Below, piece by piece: positions 40,363 to 49,231 of a stretch of 64,000 bases of DNA. The stretch is from assembly GCA_035529055.1 (NCBI GenBank), contig DATKXL010000133.1, forward strand, positions 3,870-67,869, given 5' to 3'. The notes below the pieces were generated by a model, which did no database searches, was not told where the DNA came from, and worked only from the letters and a program-made list of their open reading frames with translations. This DNA is from Bacteroidales bacterium (lineage in GTDB: Bacteria > Bacteroidota > Bacteroidia > Bacteroidales > VadinHA17). The translations under genes and the position numbers were made by a program. Numbering within the stretch: the first letter of the stretch is position 1; every line of letters begins with the position of its first letter.

Positions 40363-41130
40363 TCAATCATCGCAGAAGAAGCTTAATCCGTCAAAAGCCA
40401 GTAGTATGCCCTGAGGTAATTCGCGGGCTATCTGTTTATACTGACCCATCTGATGACTGATATGAGTAATATAAGCCTTTTTAGGTGATATCTCTCTGAT
40501 AAAATCTATTGCTTCCCTTAAACTGAAATGTGAAATATGTTTTTCTTTCCTTAAAGCATTTATAACGAGATATTTAACACCGAACAGTTTTTCCTTGCTT
40601 TCTTCAGGAACATAATTGGCATCAGTTATATATGCAAAATTTCTTATCCTGAATCCATAGATCGGAAGGCGATAGTGGAAGACCCGTACGGGTATAATTT
40701 GCACCCCGCTTATTTTAAAGCCATACTCATTTATCGGATTAATCCTCATTTTGGGGATACCCGGGTACTGATACTCCGCAAAAACATATGAATACTCTTT
40801 CCTGACGGCCTTTTGAACTCTTTCTTCTGCAAAAATATCTATTGCATCCTGGCTTTTATAATTGAAAGCTCTTACATCATCCATTCCTGAGATATGATCT
40901 TTATGTTCGTGTGTCAGGATTATAGCATCAAGCCTTTTAACATTCTCCCGGAGCATCTGCTGGCGAAAATCGGGTCCGGCATCAAATAAGAGAATTGTAT
41001 TGTCGGTTTCGAGAAGCAGCGAGGTTCTGAGTCTTTTATCCCGGTTATCTTCAGAAAGACATGTTTCGCAGTCACAGGCTATTACAGGTACTCCCTGAGA
41101 TGTACCGGTACCTAAAAAAGTTATTTTCAC
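40363..41130 (-). CDS. MBL-fold metallo-hydrolase (PhnP-like)
   Basis: MKITFLGTGTSQGVP, ILTHEHKDHISG (HxHxDH) and a CDCETC zinc-ribbon insert. Confidence 0.75.
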   Translation of the reverse strand: MKITFLGTGTSQGVPVIACDCETCLSEDNRDKRLRTSLLLETDNTILLFDAGPDFRQQMLRENVKRLDAIILTHEHKDHISGMDDVRAFNYKSQDAIDIFAEERVQKAVRKEYSYVFAEYQYPGIPKMRINPINEYGFKISGVQIIPVRVFHYRLPIYGFRIRNFAYITDANYVPEESKEKLFGVKYLVINALRKEKHISHFSLREAIDFIREISPKKAYITHISHQMGQYKQIARELPQGILLAFDGLSFFCDD

Positions 41131-41252
41131 ACTAAAACAATTTCAGAGCAAACCTATATTAAAATTAGATAACAGACAACATATCAGTAAATTTTGTTTT
41201 AATGATTCCGGGCTGTTTATTGTTTATATTTACAGAAGAAAAGAGAGTTGAA

Positions 41253-41951
41253 ATGACGGGCAGAATATATTTAATTCCGGTTACCCTTGGCGGGGACGAT
41301 TACGTAAAAGTGATTCCCGAGAAGGTGATTGCCATCACAGTATCATTGAGATATTTTGTTGTTGAAGAGTTAAGGAGCGCAAGAAGATATTTGCGAATGA
41401 TTGATAAATATTTCCCTATAAATGATGCTGTGTTTTACGAGCTGAATGAACATACAAGCGATAGTGAAATTGATCATTATCTGCAACCTGTCTTAATGGG
41501 ATCAGATATGGGTATCATGAGTGAGGCCGGCTTACCGGGTATTGCAGACCCCGGATCAAAAATCATTTCACTTGCTCATCAGAAGAACATTACAGTAACT
41601 CCTCTTTCAGGACCTTCATCAATTATTATGGCTCTGATCGCCTCGGGATTGAACGGGCAGAATTTTTCATTCAACGGCTATTTACCGATTAAGCCTGCTG
41701 AGAGGTCTTCAAGGTTAAGAGAGCTTGAGAGGAGAGCCCGTGAAGGTTATGCGCAGATATTTATGGAAACACCATACAGGAACCAAAGGCTGCTTGAATC
41801 AATTATCACAATCTGCCAGGGTGAAACGAAACTATGTATAGCTTCAGATATTACTCTGCCGTCTGAATCAATAAGGACCATGAAAATCTCGGAATGGAAA
41901 AGGAATTTACCGATGATCAACGACAGGCTTGTGATCTTTATTTTGCAATAG
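41253..41951 (+). CDS. SAM-dependent methyltransferase, tetrapyrrole-methylase (RsmI/YraL-like) family
   Basis: MTGRIYLIPVTLGG...SEAGLPGIADPG...PLSGPSSIIMALIASG. ATG 41253 preferred over the ORF-track start 41202. Confidence 0.7.
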   Translation: MTGRIYLIPVTLGGDDYVKVIPEKVIAITVSLRYFVVEELRSARRYLRMIDKYFPINDAVFYELNEHTSDSEIDHYLQPVLMGSDMGIMSEAGLPGIADPGSKIISLAHQKNITVTPLSGPSSIIMALIASGLNGQNFSFNGYLPIKPAERSSRLRELERRAREGYAQIFMETPYRNQRLLESIITICQGETKLCIASDITLPSESIRTMKISEWKRNLPMINDRLVIFILQ

Positions 41952-41962
41952 AGTTATTTCTT

Positions 41963-42454
41963 TCAGGGACCAGGTATTAGTCTGACCAGCTCGACATCAA
42001 AAAGAAGCGGGGTATAACCTGGAATATAATAAGTTCCCGAAGTTCCATAAGCCAGTTTTGATGGCGTAAGAAACAGAGCTTTCCCTCCCACCTTCATATA
42101 AGAAACCCCCTCTTCAAATCCTACGGGATAAAGCCCTGCATTAGAAAGAAAAACCAGAGTATCATCTGTTCCCACATTGGTGTCAAACACCTGCCCGTCC
42201 AGAAACTTAATTGTGTACTTTACGTAAGTGGTATCGAGATCATCAGGAGTCAGGCCTGTACCCACCACTACATCAAAGTAATATAATCCGCTGGACTTCA
42301 GCTCAAAATTTTGTTCGGGATGACTGGCTAAATAATCCTGTATTGAAGCTTTTTCTTCCTCTTCATACTTTTTGGAAGGATTGCATGAAACAAACAGTAC
42401 TGTGACGAGTGCAATAAATAATGTACTAACTAATTGATAATTTTTCCGTATCAT
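41963..42454 (-). CDS. FKBP-type peptidyl-prolyl cis-trans isomerase lipoprotein
   Basis: Lipobox LFVSC plus the FKBP core YVKYTIKFLDGQVFD...GFEEGVSYMKVGGKALFLTPSKLAYG. Confidence 0.8.
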   Translation of the reverse strand: MIRKNYQLVSTLFIALVTVLFVSCNPSKKYEEEEKASIQDYLASHPEQNFELKSSGLYYFDVVVGTGLTPDDLDTTYVKYTIKFLDGQVFDTNVGTDDTLVFLSNAGLYPVGFEEGVSYMKVGGKALFLTPSKLAYGTSGTYYIPGYTPLLFDVELVRLIPGP

Positions 42455-42484
42455 AGATTAAGATTTAATTATTCTCTTCAAAAA

Positions 42485-43018
42485 TCATTCCATTTGTTTT
42501 GATTTGGTCTGCACGGCTTTAACGGTATAGACGATTACAGACCTTGATGGTATCTTTTTGCCGTCACCTATCAGACCGTATGCTAAAAAAGGTGGGATTA
42601 TAAATATTGCTTCCCCTCCCGGTTTTAACATCCTGAGCCCTTCATAAAGCCCCGGTTCTATTTCGCTTTTCCCAAGAATGATCTCTCTGGGTCCCAGTGT
42701 TGCTGATGAATAACACATCGTTCCATCCAATAATGTGCAATCGTACTCCATAATCACCCTGTCATTATCGACAAAAAAATTGCCGGTTCCTTCTTTTACT
42801 ATAAGATACCAGAGACCCGTCGGTGATTCAATCATGCGAAGGTTCTTCCGTTCTGCATAGCTATCAATTCTCTCCCTGTCTTTCTGAACCAGGTACCTGT
42901 TAAGTTCAGCCATTTCATTCTTACCAGGTCCGGTAAGAGAAACGTTCTTCTCCTTTTGATTATTGCATCCAAAAAAAGAAGATATAAGAATAACAAAGAA
43001 TAAATGTTTTGAATCCAT
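42485..43018 (-). CDS. FKBP-type peptidyl-prolyl cis-trans isomerase lipoprotein
   Basis: MDSKHLFFVILISSFFGC (lipobox) with YDCTLLDGT...GLYEGLRMLKPGGEAIFIIPPFLAYG. ATG 43018 avoids overlap with the upstream gene. Confidence 0.8.
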   Translation of the reverse strand: MDSKHLFFVILISSFFGCNNQKEKNVSLTGPGKNEMAELNRYLVQKDRERIDSYAERKNLRMIESPTGLWYLIVKEGTGNFFVDNDRVIMEYDCTLLDGTMCYSSATLGPREIILGKSEIEPGLYEGLRMLKPGGEAIFIIPPFLAYGLIGDGKKIPSRSVIVYTVKAVQTKSKQME

Positions 43019-43022
43019 GGTT

Positions 43023-44069
43023 TTAAGTCCCGTTCTTCCGTTTTCCTGAACTCTCATTTAAAATCCTCAGGAAATAAGCGATTGTATTATCGAGGGTATC
43101 ATAATACTCTCCACCAGAAGCGTTCAGATGCCCTCCCCCTGCAAAATAACTTGCGGCAAACTCATTTACAGGAAAATGTCCTATCGATCGGAATGACAGC
43201 TTTACAAAATTGTCCTTCTCAATAAACAGAGTGGAGAAGTTAATACCCTTTATTGATAGCGGGAGGTTAACAAATCCCTCAGTATCACCCTTGACATTGT
43301 TGTAATTATTCAGGTCATCTTTCGTCAGATAGATGTAGGCGCTCATCAACTCAGGCAGTACGATCATTCTCCGGTTAAGGGCAAAACCCATCAGCTTCAT
43401 GCGGTCAGTAGAAAAATTATTATATACAAGGTTAAATATCTTTTCCTTCTCAATTCCAAATTCAAGCAGGTCAGCAATAATTCTCAGAGTTTTACCAGTA
43501 TATGTTCCATGTTCAAAGTTTCCGGTGTCAGTTATAATGCCCACGTAAAGAGATTCAGCATAAGGTTTGTTAATGAATGGTTTCCCATCCATCATGCTGA
43601 CAATCTCGTGAACCAATTCTGCAGTCGAACACTGTGACGGATCAGATACTATTATGTTGGCAAAATCCTGAGGATCAAGATGATGATCAATTATTACTTT
43701 TATTGCTTCAGAGTTTATTACATGTTTTTCAGCCTCTCCCAGCCTGTTCGTCTGGTTGAAATCGAGCATAACGATCAGATCAGCCTCCCTGATAAGCTTT
43801 ATGGCCTTCTTTCTGTTCCTTATAAAAACATTTATTTCACCGGCTCCATCCATCCATTTAAGGAACTCCTGAAGGTAGTTCGGGGAAAGGAGAGCTGCAT
43901 TTTTACCCTTTGATTTAAGATAATGGTAAAGAGCTAATTGTGAGCCTATTGCATCACCATCAGGATTGATATGACAAATCAGCAATATATTCTCCGAGGT
44001 TGAGAAGAGTTTAAATAATTCTTTTGTATATTTGGATATGTCTAACACTTTTTCTACTGTTAAAATCAA
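43023..44069 (-). CDS. nrnA: DHH-family phosphoesterase (NrnA-like oligoribonuclease/pAp phosphatase)
   Basis: CHINPDGDAIGS, DHH (IIDHHLD) and GGGHLNASGG motifs. TTG start. Confidence 0.78.
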   Translation of the reverse strand: MILTVEKVLDISKYTKELFKLFSTSENILLICHINPDGDAIGSQLALYHYLKSKGKNAALLSPNYLQEFLKWMDGAGEINVFIRNRKKAIKLIREADLIVMLDFNQTNRLGEAEKHVINSEAIKVIIDHHLDPQDFANIIVSDPSQCSTAELVHEIVSMMDGKPFINKPYAESLYVGIITDTGNFEHGTYTGKTLRIIADLLEFGIEKEKIFNLVYNNFSTDRMKLMGFALNRRMIVLPELMSAYIYLTKDDLNNYNNVKGDTEGFVNLPLSIKGINFSTLFIEKDNFVKLSFRSIGHFPVNEFAASYFAGGGHLNASGGEYYDTLDNTIAYFLRILNESSGKRKNGT

Positions 44070-44124
44070 GTGGTTAAAGATAGAAAATATTCCTGAAGAG
44101 AGATTCTATGTTTAAAATCAATTA

Positions 44125-44553
44125 ATGTGTTGTATGTCAGGTGATTTTACTTTTGCAATTATAAAGCCGAATGCTGTAAGAACGGGTAAGACCGGTCCCA
44201 TACTTGCTATGATAAATGGGGGTGGATTTGAGATATCTGCTTTGAGAATGATCCGGATGACCCGGCAGCATGCTGAATCATTCTATACGGTTCATAAAGG
44301 AAAACCCTTTTACGAAGGCCTGATAGAATTTATGATTTCCGGCCCGGTGGTAGTTATGATACTTAAGTATGAAAATGCTGTTGAAGAATTCAGAAAACTT
44401 ATCGGCGCAACTGATCCCGGCAAAGCAGAACAGGGTACAATAAGAAGAACATTTGCGGTTTCGGTGCAGATGAATGCAGTACATGGCTCCGACACTGTTG
44501 AAAACGCTCATCGGGAAGCTAATTTCTTTTTTTCAGAAACAGACATATTTTAG
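44125..44553 (+). CDS. ndk: Nucleoside-diphosphate kinase
   Basis: FTFAIIKPNAV...NAVHGSD (active-site His). ATG 44134 is an equally plausible start. Confidence 0.9.
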   Translation: MCCMSGDFTFAIIKPNAVRTGKTGPILAMINGGGFEISALRMIRMTRQHAESFYTVHKGKPFYEGLIEFMISGPVVVMILKYENAVEEFRKLIGATDPGKAEQGTIRRTFAVSVQMNAVHGSDTVENAHREANFFFSETDIF

Positions 44554-44610
44554 TGATTTATATCATATCATTTTTCCTCCCTCAAGACTTTAAAGATTGT
44601 CAGGAGTTAT

Positions 44611-44618
44611 TAGCTTTG
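44611..44618 (+). promoter_or_regulatory. -7 box (TAgcTTTG) for the 582-aa hypothetical gene
   Basis: tagctttg, 20 nt upstream of ATG 44638. Confidence 0.45.
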
Positions 44619-44637
44619 CACAACTTTAAATCAGACT

Positions 44638-46386
44638 ATGGATCTCAACTTTAATCCTGACTTTTCCGACAGGAAAACACTGGAAAAGTATTCCTCTGCT
44701 TTTACTCTCTCCGACATGGAGATCTTTATCTTCCCCGAGTTATTTTATCCCCTTATTCTCGCAAATATTATGTCACCTGCAATGTGGCAATGGAAAAAAG
44801 ACCCCTGGTTTAAAGATATTGAGAAAAAGAGCTTTACTAACAGAGCAAACAGGATAAAACAGTATATAATCCATAATTATGTTTTTAACCTCGATCTTTC
44901 AACATGGGGCCTGACTACCAAAGGTAAAGAGATGGAAAGGTTCAGGGATTTCTTTGACATGGAGTTGCTTAAGCAATCTAATGCTCTTTTTGGATATGAG
45001 GGCGACAAGTACTATTTTGATATAGATATCAGGAAGCATTTCGGACTTGATAAATATAATTCTGATATAATTCCATACTGGAAAACAGAAACAATTGAGG
45101 TGATGAATGCTTTCAGGTATAAAGAAAACTTTGCTACAGGTGCCGGAGAATGTGTTTCATTAACAGCGCTTTATGCAGCTGCTATGTTTGTTGTGGGAGG
45201 AATACCGCTTGAAAAAATCTTCCTGATAGCAACACCTCTTCATTCACAGAATTTTATAACTGAAAGGGATGGCTTATTAACCAACAACAGAAGGATTGTA
45301 ACCAAAAATATGTGGTACAACGGAACTTCTTTGTCGGAAAAGGCAAGAAGAGCCCTTGAAAATGAAAAGGTTACAATCGTCTCTCATATCTCAGGTTACA
45401 TACATACCCTGTATGAAACCGCAACGATCAATAAAGATGCTTATGACTCTTTTTCTGTCCGTCTCAGGGATTTTCTTATTACCGATCTGACAGATGTCAT
45501 TTTCATAAACTTTCTGCGTTTTAAATCAAAATATAAAAAGCTGTTTCAGTACAGGTGTGAATGTTCGGGAACAGAGAGGTTTATTTCGCTTGAAAAGATG
45601 TTTGAATATGAGCATTCCAGTAGGTTTAATCTCTCGCCCGATGCCAGGAATCTGCTTGTAAAGGAAATTGAGGGTGATGAATTTCACCTGAGTCCAATCC
45701 AGGAGAAAATAATGTTAAACGACATTGAAGATATCTTACGGGAAAGTTCCGGAAAGAGTCTCAGAGAAATTGAATGCGAATTTCTGAAATATGCCGGTGA
45801 TATCTCTGTTGACCTTATACATGAAATGTTCTCAGAAATATCAGCTTTTATCAACACGGATCCTAAATTACCTTCACCCTCTAAAACTTATGTAAATACG
45901 ATTGTACCGGAAATCAAGGCGGAACATTCGCATGAAAAAATAATAAGAGCCATAAACCGTGTTGCCAGGGAATCGGAACCGGCACTTCTTACTCTTTACG
46001 TTTACAGGCAGATGGATAAAATTGACTGGCTGCCTTTCGTAAAAGCCTCAATTGAAAGAAATCCTGTCTGTTTTATGGATCTTAATGGAAAATCGGTGAA
46101 GGAAGTGTTCAGTATATTGTCAGAAATGTCTGACCAGTCAATCTATGATGATAAGAGACTGGCGTTGCCCGATGAGGTATGGAATTTCCGGCGGGGGGAT
46201 GGAATTGAAAAGGCGTTTCTGCTGGCTGATTTCATTCTGCAAAAAGATAATCTTTCACCGGTCACTATTGAAATCGCTAACAGAAAAGTTCAGTTGCTCT
46301 ACAACGGAAGCGATTTCATGTTCAGATCCAATAAGAATCTCAGAAAATCAATTAGTATTTCGGGGAAAGAGTACACCATAAACTGA
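44638..46386 (+). CDS. Hypothetical 582-aa protein with a possible transglutaminase-like Cys-His-Asp core
   Basis: Intact ORF 20 nt downstream of a TAgcTTTG box (44611..44618). The segment ATGAGECVSLTALYAAAMFVVGGIPLEKIFLIATPLHSQNFITERDG resembles the TGase-core arrangement (GxC...GIP...H...D). Confidence 0.5.
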   Translation: MDLNFNPDFSDRKTLEKYSSAFTLSDMEIFIFPELFYPLILANIMSPAMWQWKKDPWFKDIEKKSFTNRANRIKQYIIHNYVFNLDLSTWGLTTKGKEMERFRDFFDMELLKQSNALFGYEGDKYYFDIDIRKHFGLDKYNSDIIPYWKTETIEVMNAFRYKENFATGAGECVSLTALYAAAMFVVGGIPLEKIFLIATPLHSQNFITERDGLLTNNRRIVTKNMWYNGTSLSEKARRALENEKVTIVSHISGYIHTLYETATINKDAYDSFSVRLRDFLITDLTDVIFINFLRFKSKYKKLFQYRCECSGTERFISLEKMFEYEHSSRFNLSPDARNLLVKEIEGDEFHLSPIQEKIMLNDIEDILRESSGKSLREIECEFLKYAGDISVDLIHEMFSEISAFINTDPKLPSPSKTYVNTIVPEIKAEHSHEKIIRAINRVARESEPALLTLYVYRQMDKIDWLPFVKASIERNPVCFMDLNGKSVKEVFSILSEMSDQSIYDDKRLALPDEVWNFRRGDGIEKAFLLADFILQKDNLSPVTIEIANRKVQLLYNGSDFMFRSNKNLRKSISISGKEYTIN

Positions 46387-46390
46387 ATCA

Positions 46391-46414
46391 GGCGTGGGGC
46401 GTGGGGTGTGGGGT
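46391..46414 (+). repeat. Tandem heptamers GGCGTGG GGCGTGG GGTGTGG GGT
   Basis: Read directly. They fill most of the 30-nt spacer between convergent stops at 46386 and 46417. Confidence 0.9.
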
Positions 46415-46416
46415 AA

Positions 46417-46707
46417 TTATCGAAGGACGATATCCTTTATTACTTCTGAACCGGCTTTTTCGTTCAGTTTTTCTCTAAGGGCTTCCCTATGCATAAGTAG
46501 TTCGTTCCGTACAACTGAAGAATTAAGATGTACAAACAGAGTATTCTCTTTAATATAAATTTTCGATGTCCTTGATGATATTGCTTTTCCTACCAGTTCC
46601 TCCCACGAGTTGATCAGGTTAACTTCAGTCAGCTTATCTTCAAGATTCATCTCCCTGATATAATCCTTCATCGCTTCGGCAAGAGATATTGTTTTGCTGC
46701 GTCTCAT
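46417..46707 (-). CDS. DUF721 (DciA-family) protein
   Basis: 96 aa, starting MRRSKTISLAEAMKDYIREMNL...W.ELVG. It lies immediately downstream of recF with an ATGA overlap, which is the usual position for DUF721. Confidence 0.7.
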   Translation of the reverse strand: MRRSKTISLAEAMKDYIREMNLEDKLTEVNLINSWEELVGKAISSRTSKIYIKENTLFVHLNSSVVRNELLMHREALREKLNEKAGSEVIKDIVLR

Positions 46708-47831
46708 CCCTTTTTATTGTCATTTTGTATTATTTCATCAATGCCTTTCTCCCCTATCCGTAAAAGTTTATAGTCTGTATTAATTGACACCAGGATATCC
46801 TGAAGTCTGCTTTGGTGGGTATCGGTGATGAATATCTGTCCAAACCGGTGATTACCAACCAGACGGATAATCTGTTCAACCCTTTCTGCGTCAAATTTAT
46901 CAAAGATATCGTCGAGTAATAAAATCGGATTTAATCCTGCTTTTCTTTTAATATAGTCAAACTTTGCCAGTTTAAGAGCAACCAGATAAGACTTCTGCTG
47001 ACCCTGTGACCCAAGAGCATTTACTGAGAATCCGTTCATCCTGAGCATCAGGTCATCCTTATGAATACCAACAGTCGTATATTCAAGAATCCTGTCCTTT
47101 GTAACAGCATTCTTCAGAGATTCACCGAAATCGCCATCACTAAGCTGAGACCGGTAATCAAGAGTGACCTTCTCTTTTTCTCTTGAGATAAAAGAATAAT
47201 ACTCCTGAAACACGGGGATAAGCTCGTCAACAAGCAAGTTCCTCTCTTCAAAAACATAGCTGCCATATCTCACAAGCTGTGAATCCCATATTGTGAGCAG
47301 TTCATTCTCAAAATTTCCCGCAGCTGTGAAATCTTTTAAAAGCTTGTTCCTTTGCTGAAGAGCTTTGTTATACTTAAGTACAGAATCAAGATATTCAGCG
47401 TTATACTGACTGATTATCTTGTTAAGGAATTTTCTTCTCTCTTCACTTCCTTCACTGATAAGAGCACTGTCGGCAGGTGAGATCATAACCACAGGGTATT
47501 TTCCAACGTGATCTGAAAGACGCTGATATTCCTTCCCGTTTCTTTTAAGAACTTTTTGTTTTTGTTTATGAAAAGAGCAGAAGATGCTATCCTCCTCATC
47601 ATCTTTCACAAATGATCCCTGAATAATAAAATAATCTTCGTTGTGCCTGATATTTACGCTATCAATATTATTGAAGAAGCTTTTTGTAAGCGACAGATAA
47701 TGAATTGCATCAAGAATATTCGTTTTTCCCACACCGTTATTTCCCACAAAACAATTGATCTTCGGGGAGAATTCAATTTCTGCCTGATCATAATTCTTGA
47801 AGTTGGTGAGATAGAGCTTTTTCAGATACAT
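46704..47831 (-). CDS. recF: DNA replication and repair protein RecF
   Basis: 375 aa with MYLKKLYLTNFKNY, GNNGVGKTNILDAI (Walker A), GSQGQQKS (signature) and LLLDDIFDKFD (Walker B). Confidence 0.9.
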   Translation of the reverse strand: MYLKKLYLTNFKNYDQAEIEFSPKINCFVGNNGVGKTNILDAIHYLSLTKSFFNNIDSVNIRHNEDYFIIQGSFVKDDEEDSIFCSFHKQKQKVLKRNGKEYQRLSDHVGKYPVVMISPADSALISEGSEERRKFLNKIISQYNAEYLDSVLKYNKALQQRNKLLKDFTAAGNFENELLTIWDSQLVRYGSYVFEERNLLVDELIPVFQEYYSFISREKEKVTLDYRSQLSDGDFGESLKNAVTKDRILEYTTVGIHKDDLMLRMNGFSVNALGSQGQQKSYLVALKLAKFDYIKRKAGLNPILLLDDIFDKFDAERVEQIIRLVGNHRFGQIFITDTHQSRLQDILVSINTDYKLLRIGEKGIDEIIQNDNKKG

Positions 47832-47836
47832 ATGAA

Positions 47837-47876
47837 ACGGTATGAAGGTTCAAAGGTGCAATGGTACAAAGTTATA
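47837..47876 (+). repeat. Five degenerate tandem octamers ACGGTATG AAGGTTCA AAGGTGCA ATGGTACA AAGTTATA
   Basis: GGT recurs every 8 nt (47839, 47847, 47855, 47863). The array starts 6 nt upstream of the recF start codon. Confidence 0.8.
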
Positions 47877-47906
47877 AAAAGAATTACACGGAGGTTTTTA
47901 AAAAGT

Positions 47907-47950
47907 CAGATAATTGATAACCAACCTGATAACAGGCAAAAACTTATCTG
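47907..47950. promoter_or_regulatory. GATAA-rich repeat cluster between recF and the TPR-ribH operon
   Basis: CAGATAA (47907..47913) and TTATCTG (47944..47950) form an inverted pair that encloses two direct TGATAAC copies (47915..47921 and 47927..47933). Confidence 0.3.
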
Positions 47951-47992
47951 ATGTTTTTTTAAGTATTTATTTTATAATTATTTTAAAACAAC

Positions 47993-48000
47993 TACTTTTG
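47993..48000 (+). promoter_or_regulatory. -7 box (TActTTTG) for the TPR-ribH operon
   Basis: tacttttg, 39 nt upstream of ATG 48039. Confidence 0.45.
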
Positions 48001-48038
48001 CGGAGTTAAATTTTTAAGTGTTTTAAGCATAAACCGTT

Positions 48039-48725
48039 ATGGCAAAAAAGAAGAAGGACGAAACTCCTCAGGGAATGCAGAATGTTGAACAGACATTATC
48101 AAATACTGAGCAATTTCTCGAGGAGAATTATAAAACATTGTTGATCGGATTAAGTATTGTAGTTGGAATCATTGGCCTTTTCTGGCTGAGCAAAATCTTT
48201 CTGGGCAAGAGAAACGATGAAGCCCAGTCACAGATTTACCAGGCCGAACGGTATCTTGAGATGGATTCGATAAGACTGGCTCTGAACGGTGATGGCAACT
48301 ACCTTGGATTTCTTGATATTACAAAAGAGTATAAATTCACTCGAACAGGTAACCTTGCTCGTTATGGTGCGGGGATCTGTTACCTTCATCTTGGCGAATA
48401 TGAGGATGCCATCGAATTCCTGAACAGATATTCGAAAAAGGATAAGCTTATCGGATCGCTGGCCATTGGTGCAACAGGAGATGCTTATGTTGAAATGGGT
48501 GATATTGATAAAGGGATCTTAAAATATCTTGAAGCGGCAGATTTTGCCTCCAACTCATTCAATACACCGTTATTCCTCATGAAAGCAGGAGAATTGTATG
48601 AGTTAAGCGGAAATTATTCCGAAGCTCTGAAAGTATATGAAAGAATCCAAAGTGAGTATCCTGAAAGCACTGAGGGCACGTCCATTGAAAAATACATTGC
48701 CAGAGTAAAACTTCTGATAAAATAA
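48039..48725 (+). CDS. Membrane-anchored TPR-like protein
   Basis: One TM helix (LLIGLSIVVGIIGLFWL) followed by TPR-like helices. Abuts ribH with a TAAATG junction. Confidence 0.6.
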   Translation: MAKKKKDETPQGMQNVEQTLSNTEQFLEENYKTLLIGLSIVVGIIGLFWLSKIFLGKRNDEAQSQIYQAERYLEMDSIRLALNGDGNYLGFLDITKEYKFTRTGNLARYGAGICYLHLGEYEDAIEFLNRYSKKDKLIGSLAIGATGDAYVEMGDIDKGILKYLEAADFASNSFNTPLFLMKAGELYELSGNYSEALKVYERIQSEYPESTEGTSIEKYIARVKLLIK

Positions 48726-49214
48726 ATGAGTACCGCCAATCTTTCGGAACATGATCCTGAAACTATACCTGATGCCGGTGAGATGCGATTCGGCATCGTG
48801 GTGTCTGACTGGAACAGAGAAATAACCAATGCCCTGGTCGAGGGTGCTATAAATACTTTAAAGAAGCATGGTACTCCTGATAAAAATATTATCGTCAAAC
48901 ATGTTCCAGGCAGTTTTGAACTTACCCTCGGAGCTCAGTTTCTTGCAGAATTTGATGATCCTGATGCTGTTATCTGTCTTGGTTGTGTTATACAGGGGGA
49001 GACACCCCATTTCACATATATATGCCAGGCAGTTACACAGGGGATTACACAGCTTAATCTTGAGTATAACATACCCTTTGTTTTTGGTGTTCTTACAACA
49101 AACAACCTCGACCAGGCAAAAGCCCGGTCGGGCGGCAAACATGGAAACAAGGGTGATGAAGCAGCTGTAACGGCAATCAGGATGGCTGCTCTCCAGCGGG
49201 AGATGGAAAAATAG
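48726..49214 (+). CDS. ribH: 6,7-dimethyl-8-ribityllumazine synthase
   Basis: 162 aa with [33 protein letters not shown] and GNKGDEAA. Confidence 0.9.
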   Translation: MSTANLSEHDPETIPDAGEMRFGIVVSDWNREITNALVEGAINTLKKHGTPDKNIIVKHVPGSFELTLGAQFLAEFDDPDAVICLGCVIQGETPHFTYICQAVTQGITQLNLEYNIPFVFGVLTTNNLDQAKARSGGKHGNKGDEAAVTAIRMAALQREMEK

Positions 49215-49231
49215 CGCCTGGCTATCCAAGG

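Noticed and set aside
46391-46414. Canonical G-quadruplex in the GGCGTGG array
   Set aside because: Only three GGGG runs plus one GG are present, and a standard G3+ x4 motif needs four runs. At best a two-tetrad structure could form, so I do not claim a G4.
47643-47951. 102-aa plus-strand ORF across the recF start and the octamer array
   Set aside because: Half of it is antisense to recF, and the rest is the repeat and spacer region. It has no promoter or motif support.
47832-48038. FMN riboswitch upstream of the TPR-ribH operon
   Set aside because: None of the conserved G-rich RFN element segments are visible. The region is AT-rich with only short repeats.
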